From a virus: a DNA stretch of 64,000 nt. The stretch's first letter is position 1; each line of letters opens with the position of its first letter. The notes below the pieces were generated by a model, which ran no database searches, had not been told where the DNA came from, and saw nothing but the letters and a program-made list of their open reading frames with translations. Below are positions 29,025 to 38,989 of the stretch, piece after piece. The position numbers were made by a program, and so were the translations under genes. The stretch covers positions 32,001 to 96,000 of the IMG/VR virus record IMGVR_UViG_3300042317_000390, one strand, 5' to 3'.

Positions 29025-29321
29025 ATGGCAAAGTTCAGATTTAGAAGTTTTGAGATTGAAGCTTGGTTGTTTGAAGGCACTTTAGACGGTGCACCTACAT
29101 GGGTTTTGGATAAGGGCGTTACAGCAGAGAATAATAATCTCTATATTCCAAGAACTAGCACAAATCAAGAGATTCCTGCTGGTTGGTGGGTATTCCTTGC
29201 TAGTGATACTCTATATGGTATGGATCCAGAAGACTTCGATAGACAGTATGAAGCTGTAGAATCATCTGCAGTTGTATCAGATACTGCTCCAAAGCCTAAG
29301 ACAAAGAAGACTAAAGCGTAA
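29025..29321 (+). CDS. Hypothetical protein
   Basis: ORF with AAGGA RBS. Confidence 0.65.
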   Translation: MAKFRFRSFEIEAWLFEGTLDGAPTWVLDKGVTAENNNLYIPRTSTNQEIPAGWWVFLASDTLYGMDPEDFDRQYEAVESSAVVSDTAPKPKTKKTKA

Positions 29322-29403
29322 TTCTACTAACATCCCTGGGTGAGTTAAAAATACAACTTTATTTTCTAATTGACTTTTAGTATCTTAGATTCGTTCGGCT
29401 TGT

Positions 29404-29477
29404 TCAGGGATAGTTCAGCGGTAGAACATCGGACTTTGACTCCGATAACCTTGGTTCGAATCCAAGTCCCTGATCCA
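29404..29477 (+). tRNA. tRNA-Gln(TTG)
   Basis: Acceptor TCAGGGA/TCCCTGA, anticodon arm TCGGA-CTTTGAC-TCCGA, TTCGAAT T-loop, encoded CCA. Confidence 0.95.
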
Positions 29478-29589
29478 ACTAAGGTGCGGCAATGACTGTG
29501 GATTTATTCTACTTCCTAAGTAATCTTATGTTTTCGGTTCTCAATCTCTGGTTTGCGGTTAGAGGACCATATCACCGTTTCTCTGCTCT

Positions 29590-31668
29590 TTGTTTCGGCA
29601 TCTGCAGTGGAGCAACTATCGTTACTCTTTACACCATGGTGACGAAATGAAGACCGCTAAGAAACAACAGATTTCTCAGGCTAATTTATACGAATTCAAG
29701 CCAAGCGATGATATTTCGGTAGAAGATATCAAAGAACTATCTGATGTAGTTCGTGTTGGCGTTACAGGTAGAGTCCTAGAACTTCTATCACCGAATCTAC
29801 GAAAACATTTTATGGAAGTTAAAGATGGACAAATGGGAAAAGCTGAAAACACTGATTGATGCTGATTTATCGTATACCGTTCATTATTCTAGCGATAAGA
29901 ATTATGAACACTCTCAGCTTATCAGAGTAAAAGAGTGGATGGGACAATTAGAGAAAGGAGAACCCCAAAAGGGTTTTCTTTTCACTGATATACCAGAGTT
30001 CGATAAGTCTACTTGGAATCGTATGCTAACAGAACTACAGGGGTTATCATGATCGATGTTGAAATGTATAGAAATGCAATCTTAGCAGTATTATTCGTAG
30101 GAGCGTTCAATCCTAGAATTGCTTTTGCCATTTTAGCCTTCTTGTTTGCTGCGCATCACTGGCCTTTATTTTGATACAATATTTACCATTAATCCTCGTT
30201 TGTAATTCTTTATCTTCTCCTGCTTCTTGTAATGAGAATAATAAAGATATTACAGTCACCAGAGGCAAACCTCAACTTACTCCTATGGGCTGTTTGATCG
30301 ATGGACAAACCACCGCTGCTCAATTAGCTTTTTCTCCGAAAATAGGCGATACTTATTACGTAAAGATTCGTTGCCTAGCAAAGGAAATCAAGGAGTTAAA
30401 TAGATGACGGCACAGATTATATCTTTCCCAATCAGGCATACTATTGAGGTATCTAATAACAACTTGGCCGTTGCCAATAGTAGCGTTAGATATACTAGAT
30501 TGAGAGGGGTAAACGTAAAGGAACCAGAGACTAGAGAGGAATATCTAGAGATTTGTAAGTCATTTCTAGATCCTCACGACTATCAAGATATTCTCTGTGG
30601 TATTCTAGATAAAGAACATTATGATTGTCTAGAAGCTCAGTATAAAAGGGTCGTAGACTCATATTATGAATTTCCGAGATAATAAAGAGTTCTATCTTGG
30701 GTGGTTGTTCATTATCGCCGTTATCTGTATAGAGACGGCTGATAATGTTTATATTGTTCCCAAGATGAAGGCATCAACGTTACAGTCCAGCGTTGATTGC
30801 CATGATGATCAAAATAAATGTTGGATTATGAGGCGGCATAAGTAATAAAATGAAAAACACCAGAAGGAAGTTTTATGATGCTGGACGCAAGCATTTTTCA
30901 GGCATTCGAAAAGATGCCGCTGCCTCAGTTAGAGTTTCTAGATGACTCTAATCTTTTATTAAACTGTGTATTCGCTGGTCTTCTTGGAGGATCAGTTGGT
31001 GTGTTGTTATATGTTATCATAACTGAAATTGTAAGATATTTAAACGATTGAAGGTATCATGAAACCTCAAGAAATATTCAACACCGTAGCCAAGCATCTA
31101 TTTAAGCAAGGCAAGAGATCTGTAGACGAACGTTTCTGCAGATATCACAACAATGATGGTTTGAAGTGTGCCGTTGGTATTCTAGTTTCTGAGGAAGAAT
31201 ATTTCCCAGAAATGGATATGGGTAATAAGACTATCAAGACTTTACTTCAACACCACGAAGATAAGTTTCCAACTTGGATGAAAGAGAATCTTGGACTGGT
31301 TCAAGCACTACAATCAGTTCATGACAAGCAGAATAACTGGGAATCGTCTGATAACATGTATAATGCTCTAGTAGAAGTTGCTAGTGCATATGATGTTTCG
31401 CCAGATATTCTAGAAGAAATTGACTTTGAAGAGGAAGAGGTCAACTATGGGAAATGATTGGCAATACACTAATCAATTTTTCGAAGAAGGTAAGAATCAT
31501 TATTATGAGGGAGGACAAATAAAAGATTGTCCTTATAATTATCTACACGTTGATCAAAACGATGATAAGTTAGTACAAGTTGAACATTACAGACAAGCTG
31601 AATGGCTTTCTGGTTTCAGATGTGCTCATAACTTACATACATCTTCTTTAAACGTCAAGGCTGTTTGA
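29590..31668 (+). CDS. Run of small hypothetical ORFs
   Basis: ORFs at ~29647, 29825, 30171, 30404, 31059, ~31447. Confidence 0.55.
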
Positions 31669-31742
31669 TTTAAAAAAATACTTTACTTTTATAAAAAAGA
31701 AAGTATAATCTCCCTATCGTTAACTTAACGTAGGTGAAAGTT

Positions 31743-32699
31743 ATGGCGCACTTGATTGAAGAGATTAACGGCAAAGCCCAAATGGCTTACGCCGGTGACG
31801 TTCCTTGGCACGGTCTTGGTGTTAAGGTTCCCGCAGATTTAACTCCAGAACAGATGCTCGAAGCAGCTGGATTAAACTGGGGTGTCTATAAGGTTCCAGC
31901 TTTCGCAAAGGTTAACGGCGTAAACGTTGACGTTAATCGTTCTGCGCTCGTTCGTGATCTGGACGATAAGGTTCTAGACGTTGTATCCAATGACTGGAAT
32001 CCAGTTCTAAACGCAGAAGCCTTTGAATTCTTCAACGAGTTCGTTATGGCTGGTGATATGGAAATGCACACAGCTGGTTCTCTTAAAGGCGGTCAGATCG
32101 TCTGGGGATTAGCTAAGATTAAGGATTCGTTTGAACTCTTCAAAGGAGATCAGATTGATTCTTATCTGCTGTTTACAAACTTCCACAAGTATGGCTTTAG
32201 TACAGACGTTCGTTTCACTCCGATTCGAGTTGTCTGCAATAACACCTTAACTCTATCTTTATCATCTACCGTTGAACGTATGGTAAAGATTTCTCACCGT
32301 AAGCAGTTCGTAGCGGCTGACGTTAAGGATATGCTTGGTATCGCTACGGATAAGCTTCAAAAGTATAAGGAAATGGCGGCTTTCCTTGGTTCTAAGAAGG
32401 CTAAGCAAGAAAGCGTCGTTGAATACTTTGAGAGAATCTTTCCTCTTACCACAACTAAAGAGGATAACAAAGAACTCTCAAGAAACGCTAAGATTGCTTT
32501 GGATGTTCTGCATACTCAGCCTGGATCTGAATACGCAGAGGGTAGCTGGTGGCAACCTTTCAACGCCGTTACCTTCATGACCGATCACGTTATTGGTCGT
32601 AATGCCGATAATCGTTTAGCGTCATCTTGGTATGGTCAAAACAAGAATCTAAAGACCAAGGCTCTTGAATTAGCAGTAGAAATGGCAGACGCTGCCTAA
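31743..32699 (+). CDS. DUF932 / TIGR03299-family phage protein
   Basis: MAH..PWHGLG..AGLNW..TAGSLKGG..TPIRVVCNNTL; promoter at 31682, terminator at 32707-32736. Confidence 0.85.
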   Translation: MAHLIEEINGKAQMAYAGDVPWHGLGVKVPADLTPEQMLEAAGLNWGVYKVPAFAKVNGVNVDVNRSALVRDLDDKVLDVVSNDWNPVLNAEAFEFFNEFVMAGDMEMHTAGSLKGGQIVWGLAKIKDSFELFKGDQIDSYLLFTNFHKYGFSTDVRFTPIRVVCNNTLTLSLSSTVERMVKISHRKQFVAADVKDMLGIATDKLQKYKEMAAFLGSKKAKQESVVEYFERIFPLTTTKEDNKELSRNAKIALDVLHTQPGSEYAEGSWWQPFNAVTFMTDHVIGRNADNRLASSWYGQNKNLKTKALELAVEMADAA

Positions 32700-32809
32700 T
32701 AAAAATAAGGGGGTGGTTAAATTCCACCCCTTTTTTCTATGTTTTTTAGTATTCATACTTTACTTTGTAGAAATCTAAGTTATACTGGGAGTTATATTCG
32801 GAGGATATA

Positions 32810-33919
32810 ATGGCACGCGGAACGAAAAAGAAAATCTCAACCCGCTCAGAAGAATACATTATCAATAAAAAGCATTTAGGCGAAGAACCAACGTTCACCA
32901 AACCTTTAACTAGGATTGATTACGCCAATGCTTTGAATTGGTATAACTACATGTGTAACTCTAGCGATGCTAGAGAATACATTACAACTTATCTAAAGAA
33001 CATAGGAAGACCAGAGGATGCTAAGAGACTTAAAGCAGTCAGCGATACTTGGATTCCTAATACTGTTGCTTGGGTGTGTAGACTTATTACACGTGGTTAC
33101 GTGCTCCCTGTTGAACCTAGCGGATTTATTGACGGAAGAATACGAGAGACATTAGATAGAGCCACTGAGGTTAAAGAAGATACTGATACTCCTAAGATTT
33201 CCATTCAAGATAGAATGAAAGAGAAATCTCGTGAGATCATAGGCGAGATAGAAGAAATGATTGATGGTCATTTCGAGAATAACGATGAGTTCTCTCTTTA
33301 CAACTGGTTACAGACCAACAATATACCAGCAGCTTATGCTTCTTCTATTGTATCCAAGTTCAATCCTATCCTTATAGAATTGATCGAAGCCTTTAAAGGT
33401 ACAGACGATCAACTCAAAGAAGGTTATAGGAGATATAAGAAAAGCGAACTTGAGAAGCTTATCTATTTTTATAATGGAATATGCGAAGACGCTGAAAGAT
33501 ATGCGAATGTTTCGAAGAAAGTTAAAGCCACACGTAAGCCCAGAACGGTTAGTGTGGAAAAGAAAATTAAGAACCTTAAATGGCAAAAAGAAGATGCAAC
33601 TTACAAGATTGCGTCGATCCTTCCTGAGAAAATTATCAATAGCCAAGAGTTATGGACGTTTAATACCAAATACAAGACGATCACGGTCTTACGCGCACAA
33701 GATAGGGGCGGTCTACAGGTTAAGGGCACGTCGATTACAAACTTTGATCCACAGAATTCATATACCAGAGGAACTGGTAGGAAAACTGAAGATACCGTTA
33801 GGCGGGTATTGGATGGAGGGAAGATCGTCTTGCGTAAGATTATGGACGAACTCAAGACAGAAAAAGCTTTGGCATACCGTATTAATGAAAACACGATCTT
33901 ACTGAGAGTTACAACATAA
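32810..33919 (+). CDS. Conserved T4-like phage hypothetical protein
   Basis: ALNWYNY..IQDRM..LWTFNTKY..VKGTSI..RINENTILL. Confidence 0.75.
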   Translation: MARGTKKKISTRSEEYIINKKHLGEEPTFTKPLTRIDYANALNWYNYMCNSSDAREYITTYLKNIGRPEDAKRLKAVSDTWIPNTVAWVCRLITRGYVLPVEPSGFIDGRIRETLDRATEVKEDTDTPKISIQDRMKEKSREIIGEIEEMIDGHFENNDEFSLYNWLQTNNIPAAYASSIVSKFNPILIELIEAFKGTDDQLKEGYRRYKKSELEKLIYFYNGICEDAERYANVSKKVKATRKPRTVSVEKKIKNLKWQKEDATYKIASILPEKIINSQELWTFNTKYKTITVLRAQDRGGLQVKGTSITNFDPQNSYTRGTGRKTEDTVRRVLDGGKIVLRKIMDELKTEKALAYRINENTILLRVTT

Positions 33920-35857
33920 TGCTAGATTATCTAATAAAAATAATTATAGGGTTATCAGTCTTTATTTTAGGATTGACAGTCTATGCGGCTATCAAAGAAG
34001 GAGAACTGAAAGACGCCTTCGATCAAGTGTGTAGAGATTCAGGTGGAGTCCCACTAAGAGCTACATATCACTATGATCCAAAGGAAAATAAAATACATTA
34101 CGTTTGTTTAAAATACACTTCGATTATGAACGTTGAATAAAGGATATATAATGAATAAACTATTTACTACATGCGCATTAGCATCGATGATGTTTATCGG
34201 ATATAATATTGCTAATGCATCAGAGACAACGGAACTTAAGTGCTATCCTAATGATGTATTCATGAAGCTTATCGATGAAAAGGCTCTGGTAACTCTTTAC
34301 AACGGAGAAAAGAACGGTAAGATTAATGAAGTTATGATGACCAAGGATCGTCACCTATATATTGTAGAATACGATAGGGCAGCAGACGGTAACGCTCTAC
34401 AAGCAAAGCAATATTGCGTAATTGGTATTCTAAACGATGTGACATTTAACGATTCAGCTATTGAGTTTCTCTCAAAGCTACTTGACAAGTATAAAGGACA
34501 AAAGACATGAGTATTCTAGGACCAGATGGCGCAATACCTTATAATAGTTTTACTACTGGTGGATTAGTTAAGAAGAATCCAATTAATGATATTCGTATGG
34601 TTATGTTTCCTAAGATGGTAGTACATCCAGAAACTAAGCAGATGGTAATGGTTCCAATGCAAGATCTTCAGTATAAGCGTGAAGGATCTGAAGAATGGTT
34701 CTCAGTGGGTATCCATGAGACTGAGAAGCACGAGTTTAATCCCGAAGACAAGACAGAGGTCACTAATGAAAATTGAGTTTAGTCGGTATTCATCAGACGC
34801 CTTAGATGAAATTCTTAACGCTCTTATCATTGAAGATTGGCAAAATGTTAGGGATGAAGTCAAGCGTCTTAAGAAGAGTTTGAAAAATAAAGACTCAAAT
34901 TCAAGTTACAAAAATGTGTTAGAAGAAGATCTGAAGTTCAATAAAAAGGTCAAGAAGGCATACGAAACTATTCTGCGTTATTGTCTTCCTTATGAACGAG
35001 CGAAGGAATTGTTAGGAGAAGAGAAGTGCAAGGAAAATGGTCAGTAGTTGGTTCCGCTTGGAACGAAGAATCGGAAGTTATGGTAAAGTATATTTGGGAA
35101 AAGACTGGCGTTGAGCCAAAATACTTTGCTCTATATTCAACCATGATGGCGTTTATTCGTCACGCTGGAATTGATGAGAACCATCCTATTGCGTTTCGTA
35201 ACGGACACTTGATTGGTAATATCGAAAATGTCAGGAGGGTAATATGAGAAAAGTATATCTTGGTATCGCACTGGTGTTTCTTAGTTTGGGTTTGTCTGGT
35301 TGCTTGGTGGCGACCATCGGTGAGTGCATTGTACGGGATTCAACTAACCGTCCCTGTAACTGAACCAGTTATAGAAGACTTTGAAAACGAATTGGATACG
35401 CAATGAAAGAATTAACTGATTCTAAAGCAATAGATATTGCTACTTTAGTAAAATATGTTGTTTGGAGCAAAGATAAGGTAGCTGGAGGAGTAAGTCAAGA
35501 AAACGCAATGCACGCTTTATCTAGACTTATTGATTATCCTATTGACTTAATGAACAAAATAGCAGCAAAAGAATGAAGAAATTATTGGTAATTTTTTCAT
35601 TCGTTCCTTCTTTAGCGTTCGCATCAGAAGATGTCGTATGTGAAAAGAAAGTAATGGATAGTCATATAGTCCACTGTAAATCAAAAAAGGTGATCGACGT
35701 TTCGTTGGTCAGCATTAATGGCGGTCAGTGTAATGCTCCTTCGTTTCACTGGCATGGTTCAGGAGGATTTTCAATCCCAGGCACCAAAGAATGTAGTTAC
35801 GTTGGAGCAGTCACTTTATCGATTAATGGACACACAAAAACATTTGCTCCTTTATAA
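33919..35857 (+). CDS. Run of small ORFs, several with signal peptides or TM anchors (33919, 34151, 34507, ~34767, 35026, 35573)
   Basis: ORF track plus hydrophobic N-termini. Confidence 0.55.
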
Positions 35858-35860
35858 ATA
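35853..35860 (+). promoter_or_regulatory. T4 late promoter for tmRNA
   Basis: TATAAATA just upstream of the tmRNA acceptor piece. Confidence 0.75.
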
Positions 35861-35865
35861 AGTTT

Positions 35866-36179
35866 GCCGAGGTCGTTGAGAGACGAAATATAGGTTTCTT
35901 GGACGTGGGGGCAGTTCCCACCGCCTCCACCATAGATACATAGATCGGAAGTGGATGAAAAAGGATACACACACCCGATTATGCAGTTGCCTTTTACCTG
36001 CAACTATGTATCTTTGATGGGGGCGATTCAGGTTCGACAGGATTCAGTAAGGTCGTAAGGAGATCGAAGGCGAAACGTAGATGCAAACGATAACGACGCA
36101 TCTTTTGGAGTTTATGCTCTAGTAGCATAATCCATTGGGCTGGCGACTTGCCTAGAAACAGAAAAGTCTGCTTTTTTTT
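35866..36179 (+). ncRNA. ssrA: Circularly permuted two-piece tmRNA
   Basis: Acceptor piece ends GTGGG-GGCAGTT-CCCAC-CGCCTCC-ACCA (35932). Coding piece starts GGGGGCG (36019), giving G3-U70. Tag frame 36083-36130 reads ANDNDASFGVYALVA*, followed by a pseudoknot and T-tract. Confidence 0.93.
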
Positions 36180-36194
36180 ATTTAAAGGATTGGT

Positions 36195-36566
36195 ATGGCT
36201 AATTGTATTGATTGTGGCGTTAAACTTACATCAAAAAACGCACATAAGAAAAAACAAGATTCTAAAGCTTTTGAATCGCGTTGTAAATCATGTACCAATA
36301 AAAAACGACATCAAGCTATTACTAAATTAAAACTGAAAGCCATTGATTATCTTGGTGGTAAGTGTAGTAATTGTGGGTATGATAAGTTTTATGGTGCTTT
36401 AGATTTTCATCATGTTAATCCATCAGAAAAAGAACATAGTTGGGGAACTTTGAGGAATCGTAATTGGGAATATATAAAAGAAGAATTGGATAAATGTATT
36501 TGTCTTTGTTCTAACTGTCATAGAGAATTACATCATCAATTACATCTAAATGGAACTAACGATTAA
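36195..36566 (+). CDS. Free-standing HNH endonuclease
   Basis: CSNCGY..LDFHH..CICLCSNCHRELH plus N-terminal CxxC pairs. Confidence 0.85.
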   Translation: MANCIDCGVKLTSKNAHKKKQDSKAFESRCKSCTNKKRHQAITKLKLKAIDYLGGKCSNCGYDKFYGALDFHHVNPSEKEHSWGTLRNRNWEYIKEELDKCICLCSNCHRELHHQLHLNGTND

Positions 36567-36607
36567 CAGGTTTACTTTTTTCTCTATCGTAGTAGATTAT
36601 ATCTAAC

Positions 36608-36684
36608 GATTCCGTAGCTCAGCTGGATAGAGCAACTGCCTTCTAAGCAGTAGGTCATTGGTTCGAATCCAATCGGAATCGCCA
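36608..36684 (+). tRNA. tRNA-Arg(TCT)
   Basis: GATTCCG/CGGAATC acceptor, ACTGC-CTTCTAA-GCAGT anticodon arm, CCA. Confidence 0.95.
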
Positions 36685-36849
36685 TATAAATATAAAAACC
36701 TATCATATTTGGGGAGAACAAAATGTCAAGACATAATCATTGGCTTTGGAATAGTTCTTTCATCAATCAACTACATCAATCATTGTTAAAACTAACATCT
36801 TGGCTCTGGCGCAAGCAGAATCATAATCACTGATATTGGAGTATATATT

Positions 36850-37056
36850 ATGGCGCTTTATCATGGGCACAAAGAATATGGTGCTGTTTATTATCTTACA
36901 ATAATCGCAATCTGGCTCGTATTTGCTGTTGGTTGGGTTATGAATATTATTTCAATTTGGAACACGATGGATAATCCCTTAACGGCCAAGTTCATTCTTC
37001 GCTGTATCGGTGTTTTCGTTGGTCCAGTTGGCGCTATTCTAGGGTATCTTTCATGA
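36850..37056 (+). CDS. Small membrane protein
   Basis: GWVMNI..RCIGVFV.PVGAILGY, two TM segments. Confidence 0.65.
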   Translation: MALYHGHKEYGAVYYLTIIAIWLVFAVGWVMNIISIWNTMDNPLTAKFILRCIGVFVGPVGAILGYLS

Positions 37057-37454
37057 ATAAACTATTAGTCGTTGCTGCTATTTTATTTTCTACTTCTGCT
37101 CTAGCTGATTTTGATATTGTAATCTCAAAACGTAAACAGACTATGAGCGTTTATGACGGTGGAGAGCTTATGGACGTATGGCCAGTCTCTACTGCTCGTA
37201 GAGGTTATTATACCCCTACTGGAACTTTCCATCCTTATGCCTATCAACCCATGCACTACTCAAAGAAATACGACAATGCGCCGATGCCCAATTCTATCTT
37301 TTTTAGCGGTGGTTATGCAATTCACGCTACTCCTCATGTTGGTGCTTTGGGTAGACCCGCTTCTCACGGCTGCGTTCGCCTTTCTCCAAGCAATGCTTCT
37401 ACTCTTTATAATATGACCAAAGGTGAATACACAACAATCACAATTAAGGAATAA
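37053..37454 (+). CDS. L,D-transpeptidase (YkuD family), exported
   Basis: Signal peptide; WPVSTA..TPTG..PMP..F..GYAIH..ASHGCVRL. Confidence 0.9.
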   Translation: MNKLLVVAAILFSTSALADFDIVISKRKQTMSVYDGGELMDVWPVSTARRGYYTPTGTFHPYAYQPMHYSKKYDNAPMPNSIFFSGGYAIHATPHVGALGRPASHGCVRLSPSNASTLYNMTKGEYTTITIKE

Positions 37455-37616
37455 TTCTATGCAATCTAAAGAGTCTTATTCATATTCACATGCCAGCACT
37501 GTAATGTGGTCATTACAACAGGAATTGAATAGAAACAAGGCTCTTAGAACTAATGATTTGCACATACAGGAATATCTTGAAAGAAGAATTAAGGAATTGA
37601 AGGAATATGAAAAACA

Positions 37617-37835
37617 ATGTTTAAAAATTCAAGCTTCGTAGAAGAGATAGAATCTCTCTGCAAAGACAAAAACATAGAATATATTGATGCTGTTGTGTTT
37701 TGGTGCCAGAAGAACAATCTTGAGATTGAAACAGCTGCATACTGGATCAAGAAAGACCCAGTGATGAAATCCAAGATTCAGCTTGAGGCTGAAAATTTAA
37801 ATGTTTTGAAGCGGGGCGCACGCCTTCCAATATAA
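37617..37835 (+). CDS. 33: Late transcription coactivator gp33
   Basis: F.EEIE..YIDAVV..C..N.LEIE..K.KIQLEAE.LN.L; synteny with 59 and 32. Confidence 0.85.
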   Translation: MFKNSSFVEEIESLCKDKNIEYIDAVVFWCQKNNLEIETAAYWIKKDPVMKSKIQLEAENLNVLKRGARLPI

Positions 37836-37866
37836 ATAAATGGTTAAACCATTGTTGGAGGCCAAT

Positions 37867-38373
37867 ATGCTTTTAAAAACAATTGGCAAGCCAGCACATG
37901 TACCGAATACCGTGATAAAAAAGGCAGTGGTTTTCTACGCAAAATATTTGTTAGGCGCTGGAAAGTTATATGAAAACATACAATTAACTGTGATTTTTGA
38001 AAAGTTTGCAGAAAACGACAATGATTACGGTTACTGTGACTGGGTTGACGATAACCATTGCAGCAGAGTATTCAATATAACCATTGACAGATCTCTCAGC
38101 AAGAAAGAAACACTTTTAGCCTTGGCGCATGAGATGGTGCATCTCAAGCAGTATGCCAAAGGCGAGTTGAAAGATATATTCAGACCCATGAGAATGGTGA
38201 AATGGCATGGTGACAGGTATCTACATGAGAAAATGGACTATTGGGAGCAGCCTTGGGAAATAGAGGCTTATGGTCGTGAGAAGGGATTATACTTCAAATT
38301 CCTTAATTATTTGAAAACTGGTGAATGTGAGATTATTAAATGTCCTCCTTTGAAGTCTATAAAGATTACATAG
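37867..38373 (+). CDS. SprT-like zinc metallopeptidase
   Basis: LAHEMVHLKQY..PWEIEAY; late promoter TATAAATA at 37831. Confidence 0.8.
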   Translation: MLLKTIGKPAHVPNTVIKKAVVFYAKYLLGAGKLYENIQLTVIFEKFAENDNDYGYCDWVDDNHCSRVFNITIDRSLSKKETLLALAHEMVHLKQYAKGELKDIFRPMRMVKWHGDRYLHEKMDYWEQPWEIEAYGREKGLYFKFLNYLKTGECEIIKCPPLKSIKIT

Positions 38374-38918
38374 CTCTTAAAAACCATTTCACTAAGAAAG
38401 AATATGACTACATAAAGTATAATGGTAAGACTGGTGTAAAGGCAGCGTCGTTTGCCAAACGCAAGGATAAAATCTTCTTTGACAAACTTGCGAAAAATCA
38501 GGATTACCATGAGTTTCTTATTGCTAATCTTAGTGACAATCCGAAGCTTTGGATTCGTGATCTTGCATATTCAGATGATGCTCAACTAAAGTTTCAGACT
38601 TGGAAGAAACGTAACCAATCTCTTTCATATATCTTTAAACAAGAAACCAACGAACATCTTTGTAAACCGTTCAATTACAACTTTGTTTGTAAGGATGGTG
38701 AGCATCCTATTCTCTTGAAACTATATCTGAGAAATGCTATATGTTTAGAGACTTTCTGTGTAATTTTAGATTTAACAGAATCTATTCCGTTCTTTGATAG
38801 GAAAATGGAATACGATCCAGTGTGGGAGGAAATCAGTCTAAAGGCAAAGAAATACATTCCGTTCATAAAATATGATAAAGATAAATTCCGTAAAATATTA
38901 CTAGACTTTTACGGCTAA
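38340..38918 (+). CDS. 59: Helicase loader gp59
   Basis: YIALKNHF..YDY.KY.GK..F.KRKD..FF.KL; synteny. Confidence 0.88.
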   Translation: MSSFEVYKDYIALKNHFTKKEYDYIKYNGKTGVKAASFAKRKDKIFFDKLAKNQDYHEFLIANLSDNPKLWIRDLAYSDDAQLKFQTWKKRNQSLSYIFKQETNEHLCKPFNYNFVCKDGEHPILLKLYLRNAICLETFCVILDLTESIPFFDRKMEYDPVWEEISLKAKKYIPFIKYDKDKFRKILLDFYG

Positions 38919-38989
38919 TTGAAGTAGTATAAATATATCGGGTGATACAAATGCCCGTTATACAAACATACGATCATACGGAGATTAAT

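Noticed and set aside
35797-36330. ORFs 35797-36003 (-) and 36148-36330 (+)
   Set aside because: They overlap the tmRNA and the HNH gene
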